Notes under the pieces: generated by a model
Databases searched by the model: none
Seen by the model: the letters and a program-made list of their open reading frames with translations, nothing else
What the model was told of the DNA's origin: nothing
In this document: positions 53,905 to 62,504 of the stretch, in pieces
Layout: every line of letters begins with the position of its first letter
Numbering within the stretch: position 1 is the stretch's first letter
DNA from: Barthelona sp. PCE
Lineage: Eukaryota
Direction of reading: 5' to 3'
Assembly (NCBI GenBank): GCA_040285745.1
Contig: JAUFOR010000008.1
Location: 2,108,001 to 2,170,504, forward strand
Length of the DNA: 62,504 bases
Program-made: the position numbers and the translations under genes

Positions 53905-56900
53905 TCAGACTCTACGCCTGCTCCTTGCTGCCCTCATAATGTTCTTCATAGCATAAGCGTGAAAAGCAAATAGATGGTAGCTAAGACCTTTTTTAAGTTT
54001 CGTTCCACTGGTCTTAATTGATTGCGACGTTGATCTCTCGTTCAACGACTCGAGCACCTGTTCCCACGACGTGTAAGCTAGCTCGAAATTGTATTTCTCG
54101 CGTGCCTTCGACGTCGGTTCCCACAACATCGGATCCCAAATGGCTCCTCCGTGCGCAACGGCCATAATCTTGACCGGCGGGTCATCAAAGTTTTGTACTT
54201 ATTTAGCTTCTTGTAAAAATAGGCTGCACGTACGTGACCTCGATCTTTGCTCGTGAACGGCGATGTAGTCATAACATCCACCACAACCTTGGGTCCGCTT
54301 GCTTCCAGTATTGCAAAATCTGGTCGCTTACGTTCTTTCCGATTGGGGCACGACTCACCACTTTCGTACCGTTCATGTGTCCAACCCAATTGTACACGAT
54401 GTATGTCACTGTACTCCTCAAACTTTCTTTTAGGAATTGGCTTATCCAAGTTGAAAATATGAGCATTTCCTGATTTTCGAACAGTATCAACTGTTTTCTC
54501 AAGAATGTTGTTGTGCAGTTTGACGACAAGACCGTGATTTTTTGAACAAGAATAATGATGACTTCTTCTGTCCAAAACCTTCTCTCCACAGAAGTTGCAC
54601 CGCCCAGAGGCGTACATTTCGCGAAGTTCAGGGAACAACAATTGGTATATACCGGCTAAAGCATAACCAAACATGTAACGCTCATCAAACATTGAATGAA
54701 TATTGGCAACTGACCTTTGGGGCCATGTGGCGACGGTAGCATCGAGTGACCAGGCAACAGAACGCTGAGACATCAAGGCGTCTCGGGATATAAATGATTC
54801 TGGATGGAAACGACAATGTTTGATCGCATAATCAAACAATTCGAAAAAACGTTTTGTGAGAATGTTTTGTAGTTTGCTTTTTTGACGCACAATATTAGTA
54901 GCCATACTGATCTCAACATCGTACGACTCCATCTGAGTGTGCTGCCCATAGTTTACGGCAAGCCACAGTAAATTTGAAGCAAATTCATGCTTTGTTTCAC
55001 TGTTAAGAGAAACTGCTTCCACAAGTTTGTGTTGGCAATCCTCATCTTGGTAATGAGCATCCGGCATAAAGTAGGGTTTGTTATCTTTGTCATAGTTGAA
55101 TCTAGCTGCGGCCAAATAACGTGGGCTAAGCCTAGTGAAATCCGACCACTCAATCAAATTGAAACGCTTGATTGAGCTACTTACCGAAGCGGTACTTGCC
55201 AAGTCAGCTATTTTGTGGAGAAACACAAAGTCTAGACAACCAGTCCCACCAAGAGACAAAGGATAACGGAGAGTTGGAGCTTCATCGATCGATAACTCAT
55301 CGGCTCCAGGAATCATCTCAAGAAGTAAATTCTGTTTGATGGTCCTTTCCATATCATCAACTGCATCTTCAGTGAGAGTCACCGAGCGTACGTGATGAAT
55401 GAGCATCTGATCAATCGACATAGAAGCAAGATACTTGAACAAAGCTGTCCCTGGACTTATATACTCGAGAAGTTGTTTGACGCCATTGCTAAATCTTGCG
55501 CATGCATGACTAACATTAAAGTCGCCAATCTGAGTACCTAACAATTGATAAAAAGCTAAGCTTAAGTTGTGGGTAGCGATGTTCTCTTGCTCTTCACCTC
55601 TTGGAAATATCCTTGAAGCGAAAGCAATACTCCCGGCTCCATACCCCACCAGCTCACACTTCTCAGCGTTCACTTTCAGGTTATAGAACTCGAGCTTACC
55701 CTTGATTACATCAAAGGTTGACATGACAGTTGATGGTTCACCAACAATATAAATATCGTCAGCATACGCGTACATATTGACTGAATCTGGGGCTACGGCT
55801 TTCGTATCCTTCAAAACTTCAGCAATAAGAAGAGCAAACAACAACGGAGACGTTGCGTTACCCTGTAACACGCCCATACAACTATCAAAAGGAAGGCGCT
55901 CTCCATTCGACCAAATCGGAATTGGCCTTTTGCACATCTGATGATATGCTTGGAAGCACCAAGGAGCATGTGCAGCGACAATATGCAGCAGCTTGTCACG
56001 ACGAACGCTGTTGAAGGCGTTAGCAATGTCAATAACAAGAGCAACATTACGATCACTTCGCTTTAGATTAACATCCACGAGGTTTGCGACCAGAGCAGTA
56101 GCATCCCGCATCCCAGCACCGAATTGTTTGTGTTTAAACAAGTACTTTTTGACACGTTCAGACTGAAACTTCAGATCTTGACTCGCGATGATCTTATCAG
56201 CGATACCACCGAGTGCAGAGGCAACTGCGATGGGGCGTACAGGCATATGCTCACCCTCTTGAAGCTCCTCCACATGCTTTTTGTTAAGAGCAATTAGTCG
56301 GATATTCCAAAGGGCCCACGGGCGCGATCCGAACGCATAATCATTGATAACTTGAGTAAAAGCATCCATGTAGCGATCGTTACGATAGATTTCAGCCACA
56401 AATAACTTAAGTAAATATGGCATCACTCCATCGGCACCGGCAGAAATGTACTTTTTGACTTTTTTGGTGGTCTCATACACCATATCTTTCGATATTATGA
56501 ATTCCTCAGGGTCCCACTCACCTCTCTTGAAAGAACTCATGGTTTCGCGCAGAATCGCATCAGAAACTGGTGCACTGACTGGATGCTTTGATTGCATCTG
56601 TTCCAGCACGTTAGTATCTGATAAAGGCATGGTACCTTGACTCTTTGCTAGCCTTATGGCCTTTCCTGGTTGGTTGGCGTCTGCGTACTTCTTCATACGA
56701 AGGCTTACAGACTCCCTAGACTCAACGGATGGCTGATTGGAACGTTGCCTCGGCGTCTTACCAAAACATAGCGCAGAAGCTGCAACTATTAGAGCCTCGC
56801 CTATACATCGTTGAGACTCACGTAATGGAGTATTCCGTATTAACAAACCAATCTTCAGGACACAGAAATATAGCTTTCTTGATTTCTTATCACCAATTAA

Positions 56901-58760
56901 ATTATCTTGGTTCTCGATAACTTTCTGAAAAACAAACTCATTAAAAACTTCTAGAGCATCGTCTTTGTCTAGGTCTGGTCGTAAAGAATGTAGAGCCAGG
57001 ACCCCGGACAATTTGTTGACAAACTCCTTGATTCTCACAAGTGTTTCAATATTACCGCTCTGCCACTGAGGCAATCGCGGTGGATTAGCGCAATAAGCGC
57101 CCAGAAGTTCTCCAAAGAAATCTTCAGCAACTCTTCTCTCAGCAATTTCGCTATTACCGTCAGTTGCACAAAGTCGATTGAATCGGACCAGCGGGTCGTA
57201 CAGTAAAATGGGGAAAGTGTATTCCATACGAGAACTTGAAACTGGGTATGTAACATTGCTCATAATAGGAGGAGCTTGGTTGGTAACACTGCTCGTAACA
57301 GGAATTGAAGGCGTCGGGTTAGTATCTACCGGGTCAACATCCAATGTATGTGACTGTGACTGGTTCCGGTTAACCAATGCTGGCGCTCCAACTTCTTGGA
57401 AGACAGGATCATGCGATTCTGGATCACTTTCCACCTTAAAAATATGACTGAGTAGAGGAATCATTCTACTACTAAAACATGGGAAGAGACGGTACAATTT
57501 TCTACTTCCATTGAATTCCAAACAGGCCTTGATAAACGCAAACATCACGAAATAGAAATTATCCGTGAACGGTTCTACATTCTGCCAATGATAAACATTC
57601 TGGCCACGCGAGTCCATTCTGAATTTCATACAAGACACACTTCTAACGAAATTGATTGCTGCCGGATGTAAAATCCTGCAACGCTCATCTTCCTTTTCCT
57701 CAGAAGCGACACTCCTTATAGTGTCATCCAAATGTGTGAATCTCTCGTCTCCAAACTTCTCATTGATAGCATGTACAATCTCGTTTGCATCAACACCAGT
57801 GCTGCATACTTTCAGGATAGCATGTGCAATAACGAGTTGTCCTCGTGTACCTGGGCTTGAAAGACGTACACCAACGGTTTCCATCTTCTCACCTTCAATA
57901 CTGCGTAAAGACAACCAATCTGCGTCAGTGCACAAGCCACTCCACTGATCATGAACATTTTGTCGAATTATTTCTATGGACGGGGCTCTCCTGTTGTTTG
58001 AAGAAACTTTCGTCCTTTGAATTATTGACAACATCTGCTCACCGAACTCTGTTAGTTGGTACTTGACATCTTCCTTAAAATACATAATTGTTTGCAAAGG
58101 ACTATGTGGCGTAGTATCACTTGGATTGGCTAACATTGTTTCGAGTTCCTCATATACCCTCTCTATTTCTGGATCGGTTACATAAGCTGCAGGAGGAGTC
58201 CTAGATACTTCTTGCTCTTCATACAAATAATAATCATCATCATAAGTCCACTCTGGAAGTGGGGGAGGTGAGTCTACAGTATCTGAAAATGTATCTGATA
58301 ATGTATTGTGAAGAGAAAGGGTCACAAGGTTGAGCTGTGACTGTCGGTAGAGATATTCTACCACACTATTTGTCAGTTTTAGCGACAGAACACGACACAG
58401 TTGCAAAACGCACGAAACCATGAAAATAGCGTCGTGGCATGCATATAATGATAACACAGTGTCGTGGGGGACAGCTTGGGCCCGTGTGCGGGGCATAATG
58501 ATCGAATGAAGTGATGTTAAAAATCGTGAACTCCATAAGCTACCACAAATCATATTTTGGAAAAATAAATTCTGAAGTTTGCAGTAGGCACACTCTGAGT
58601 AGAGCTTGTGGACAAGTATCTTGACAAAACCGGCATAACGTGACCCAAATTTACCAAAGTCTTCATCTACCTTACGCAGGCATATGGGCTCAAATGGCGT
58701 ATATTGGTGGTCGTAGAGTACGTGGGGCGCCCCAGAGGACCTGTTACTGCTCGGAATCAT
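53905..58760 (-). CDS. Retrotransposon polyprotein: reverse transcriptase, CCHC knuckle and PD-(D/E)xK endonuclease (one frame break at ~54191)
   Basis: RPIAV, QFGAG, DIANAFNSVRR, GVLQGNATSPLLF, YADD, LKVNAEKC, PLSLGGTG, CNFC...H..SC, HN, RPDF...DVMTTSP...KLNKY. One extra A at 54191-54194 joins ORF 53905..54165 (KIMAVAHGGAIW). The start could instead be MPRTR at 58496. Confidence 0.93.
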
Positions 58761-59489
58761 CGAAAAATAGCGGCGAAACGGCTTGAAATTGATTGAAAAT
58801 TGTAAAGCGAGATGGCATGATTATAAAGATGTCTCATGCCCGCAGGGGGACCCATGGGATAAAACACTCTAACAAAGCTTGACGTAGTGTCTTGCCATGG
58901 CTGAAATCTGCTGTAAAACAACAAAATCCCCGCATCATGCATCTGCAACAAAAATTCCCTGCTTGAATACGTCGAAAGCGCCTCTTGAGGAGGGCCAGGA
59001 CATGGAAATAGCGAAAGAACCATCACTGTAGAAGTTTTGGAATTTGAATTTTGTTCAAAGTTGTTTGGGCGTTTCTGTGCTTGTAAAAGCGCGTCTACGC
59101 ACCCGATACATGCTGATCTGCTGGGTCTAACCCCTTTAGAATCGTTCTGCATCACAACTAAAAACGTTTTCTTCATATTCACTATTTGTGCCCATTTTTT
59201 CGTATTCAGCGATCGTAACGACACCAAAACGACGTCCTCCGAGTTTGAAATAGCTGCACTTCCATCACAACACGAGTCTTTTTTTTTCTCAAAACTAACA
59301 CCATTTTCGGCGTTTCCAGTAGTCTGAACGGGTTCAGGGCTGCCTTCTACGCGTGTTCCATGTATCCCATCAGGTCTAAAACCTTCTTGGTCCATATTCT
59401 GCAAATAGTCTCGTTTATGATCAAATAATATGACAGGCGATGCGATTTTCATGTTACTGCTCGGAATCATCGAATAGCGGCGAAAACGG
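58742..59489. repeat. ~40-bp direct repeat pair (58742-58781 and 59452-59489)
   Basis: TGTTACTGCTCGGAATCATCGAA(AAA)TAGCGGCGAAA(A)CGG occurs twice, 710 bp apart. Confidence 0.9.
58757..59470 (-). CDS. Putative upstream ORF of the retroelement (237 aa), overlapping the RT ORF through ATGA
   Basis: Open 237 codons. Its TGA overlaps the ATG of the RT ORF, and both ORFs begin MIPSSN. No family recognised. Confidence 0.4.
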   Translation of the reverse strand: MIPSSNMKIASPVILFDHKRDYLQNMDQEGFRPDGIHGTRVEGSPEPVQTTGNAENGVSFEKKKDSCCDGSAAISNSEDVVLVSLRSLNTKKWAQIVNMKKTFLVVMQNDSKGVRPSRSACIGCVDALLQAQKRPNNFEQNSNSKTSTVMVLSLFPCPGPPQEALSTYSSREFLLQMHDAGILLFYSRFQPWQDTTSSFVRVFYPMGPPAGMRHLYNHAISLYNFQSISSRFAAIFR

Positions 59490-62394
59490 TAGGGCCAGTT
59501 TGCTGGTTTTCGAGTGCCGCACCCGCTGGCGTACTGTTCCTGGTCTTCGCTAACTGTTAGTATCGCAGACTCTACGCCTGCCCTGCCGCCTCATAATGTT
59601 CTTTCCAGAATAAGCGCAGTGCCAAATAGATGGTAAAGCAGACCTTTTTTAAGTTTCGTTCCACTGGCCTTAATTGATTGCGATTGCCGATCTCTCGTTC
59701 AACGACTCGAGCACCTGTTCCCCACGACGTAAGCTAGCCCGAAATCAGGTATTTCCCCGCGTGCCTCGACGTGTCGAGCCCTTGCCAACATCGGATCCCA
59801 GCAAAATGGTTCTCCGCGCGCAACGGCTGGCTAAGTCTTGACCGGCGGCCTTCCAGTCAAAGTGGTAATTATTTAGCTTCTGTAAAAATAGGCTGCACGT
59901 ACGTGACCCTGATCTTTGCCTCGTGAACGGCGATGTAGTCATAACATCCACACCACAACCTTTGGGTCCGCTTTGTTTGTGTATTGCAAAAATCTGCGCT
60001 TACGTTCTTCCGGATTGGGCACGCTCACCCTTTTCGTACCGTTCATGTGTCCAACCCAATTGTACACGATGTATGTCCTGTACTCCTCAAACTTTCTTTT
60101 AGGAATTGGCTTATCCAAGTTGAAAAATATGAGCATTTCCTGATTTCGAACAGTATCAACTGTTTTCTCAAGAATGTTGTTGTGCAGGTTTGACGATCAG
60201 ACCGTGATTTTTTGAACAAGAATAATGATGACTTCTTCTGTCCAAAACCTTCTCTCCACAGAAGTTGCACTGCCCAGAGGCGTACATTTCTGCGAAGTTC
60301 AGGGAACAACAATTGGTATATACCGGCTAAAGCATAACCAAACATGTAAAGTGATCAAACATTGAATGAATATTGGCAACTATTTGGGGCCATGTGGCGA
60401 CGGTAGCATCGAGTGACCAGGCAACAGAACGCGGACATCAAGGGCGTCTCGGGATATAAATGATTCTGGATGGAACGACAATGTTTGATCGCATAATCAA
60501 ACAATTGAGACGTTTTGTGAGAATGTTTTGTAGTTTGCTGACGCACTATATTAGTGCAGCCATACTGATCTCAACATCATACGACTCCATCTTGAGTGTT
60601 ACGTCATAGTTTTCACGGCAAACTACAGTAAATTTGAAGCAAAATTCATGCTTTGTTTCACTGTTAAGAGAAACTGCTTCCACCGTTTGTATGTTTGGCA
60701 ACTCTCATTCCTGGTAATGAGCATCCGGCATAAAAGTAGGGTTTGTTATCTTTGTCATAGTTGAATCTAGCTGCGCAAAATAACGTGGGCTGTTTTGAGT
60801 GAAATCCGACCACTCGATCAAATTGAAACGCTTGATTGAGCTTTACTGAAGCGGTACTTGCTAAGTCAGCTATTTTGTGGGAGAAACACTAGTCCCAGAC
60901 AGCCAGTCCCACCAAGAGACAAAGGATAACGGAAGTTGAGCTTTCATCGATCGATAACTCATCACTCCAGGAATCATCTCAAGAAGTAAAATTCTGTTTG
61001 ATGGTCCTTTCCATATCATCAACTGCATCTTCAGTGAGAGAGCGCACCGAGCGTGCGTGATGAATGAGCATCAGATCAATCGACATAGGTAAACGTATGA
61101 TCGCGGGAACAAAGCTGTCCCTGGACTTATATACTCGAGAAGTTGTTTGACGCCATTGCTGGGACGTCTGCGCATGCATGACTAACATTACAGTCCGCCA
61201 ATCTGAGTACCTAACAGTTGATATAAAGCCAGCTTAAGTTGTGGTAAGCGATGTTCCTCTTGCTCTTCACCTCTTGGAAATATCCTTGAAGCAGCAATAC
61301 TCGGCTCCATACCCCACCAGCTCACACTTCTACGCAGCATTCTGTTCTCTAGGTTGTCATAGAACTCGAGCTACCCTTGACCACATCAAAAGGCTGGCGC
61401 ATGCAGTTGATGGTTCACCAACAATAAGTAACATATCGTCAGCATACGCGTACATATTCCAGTGACTGAATCTGGGGCTACGGCTTTCGCATCCTTCAAC
61501 ACTTCAGCAATGAGAAGAGCAAACAACAACGAGACGCCAGTTAGTCTGCAAACTACGCCCATACAACTAAGTCAAAAGGAAGGCGCTCTCCGCATTCGAT
61601 TCTAAATCGGAATTCGGCCTTTTGGCACATCTTGATGATATGCTTTGGAAGCACCAAAGGCAGCATGCATGACAGCGACAAATGCTTTGGCTTGTCACGA
61701 CGAACGCTGTTGAAGGCGCGAAGTCAAATGTCAATAACAAGAACAACATTACGATCGCTTTCTAGCTTTTAGATTGACATCCAACGAGGTTTGCGACCAG
61801 AGCAGTAGCATCCCGCAATTCCAGCACCGAATTGTTTGTGTTTAAACAAGTGCGCTTTGACACGTTCAGACTGAAACTTCAGATCTTGACTCGCGATGAT
61901 CTTATCAGCGATACCACTGGAGTGCAGAGTGCAAACTCAGCGATGGGGCGTGCTGAGGCGACATGCGTTCGTCACCTCTTGAAGCTCCTCATGCTTTTGT
62001 TAAGAGCGACTAGTCGGATATTCAGAAAAGGTGCCCACGCGCGATCCAGAACGCATAATCATTGGATAAATTTGCAGTAAAAGCATCCATGTAGCGATCG
62101 TTACGATAGATTTCAGCCACAAATAACGAGCAAATATGGCATCACTCCATCGGCACCGGCGAAAATGTGACTCTTTTGACTGCGGTCTCTCACACCGCTA
62201 TCTTTCCCTGATGTGCCCAGATTCCTCAGGTCCTGCTCACCTCTCTTGAAAGGAACTCGTTGGTTTTCAGCTGGGAATCGCATCGAAACTGGTGCACTGA
62301 CGATGCGCTTTGATTGCATCTGTTCCAGCACGCTAGTATCTGATAAAGGCATGGTACCTTGACTCTTTGCTAGCCTTATGGCCTCGGGTTGGCT
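59481..62394 (-). mobile_element. Copy 2 of the same retrotransposon, head-to-tail, 5'-truncated and indel-rich
   Basis: Colinear with ~53806-56660 (e.g. GTACTGTTCC at 59531 vs 53871; ATAAAGGCATGGTACCTTGACTCTTTGCTAGCCTTATGGCC at 62343 vs 56621), with dense small indels. Confidence 0.9.
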
Positions 62395-62504
62395 GGTCTA
62401 TGGTGGTCTGGCATGGCTCCAATGGTCTATATGGTCTATATGGTCTATGGGCGGTCTATGGTCTATATGGTCTAAGTGGTCTGTTATGGTCCAGTATTCA
62501 TATG
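62395..62504 (+). repeat. Terminal tandem repeat, consensus GGTCTATAT (candidate telomere)
   Basis: About 11 imperfect units, including three exact GGTCTATAT and several GGTCTAT, running to the window end. Confidence 0.65.

Larger units (their letters stand above)
53806..59489 (-). mobile_element. Non-LTR retrotransposon, REL-endonuclease type (CRE/Cnl1/MoTeR-like), copy 1, apparently full length (~5.7 kb)
   Basis: Contains an RT-CCHC-REL ORF. The 3' boundary is set by homology with copy 2, and the 5' boundary by the junction with the 3' end of copy 2. Confidence 0.9.

Noticed and set aside
58742-58790. Hammerhead ribozyme suggested by CGAAAC in the 40-bp repeat
   Set aside because: No CTGANGA core in a compatible position, and GAAAC is on the antisense strand of the element.
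59490-62394. Copy 2 as an anciently decayed pseudogene, and its short ORFs as genes
   Set aside because: The differences are dense small indels interspersed with long exact matches, typical of unpolished single-read sequence. Age cannot be inferred, and the ORFs are fragments of the RT frame.

Overview
Gene-dense, almost intron-free eukaryotic sequence in the standard code, from a flagellated protist; the intron style suggests a metamonad, which is inference. The window appears to run to a chromosome end. 1-35.8 kb holds tightly packed housekeeping genes: an LRR protein, M28 peptidase, RPA34-like, RNMT-like, NEK kinase, KIF9 (with the only intron I could define, 170 nt and self-pairing), TTC12, a DUF4395-like gene, DNAJC25, AP5B1-like, a WD40 protein, SF3B3, CCDC61 and a Wee1/Myt1 kinase. 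35.8-51.7 kb holds AT-rich lineage-specific genes, including three paralogs of a ~700-aa family and genes broken by stops. 51.7-53.8 kb is non-coding, with an E-box cluster and AT-rich dyad repeats. From 53.8 kb to the end are two head-to-tail copies of a CRE-like RT/REL-endonuclease non-LTR retrotransposon with 5' ends pointing distally. The distal copy is 5'-truncated and capped by a noisy (GGTCTATAT)n tract, a candidate non-canonical telomere. Sequence beyond ~59.47 kb looks like low-coverage, error-rich long-read sequence, so fine detail there is provisional. All family calls come from motif recognition by eye; no searches were run.
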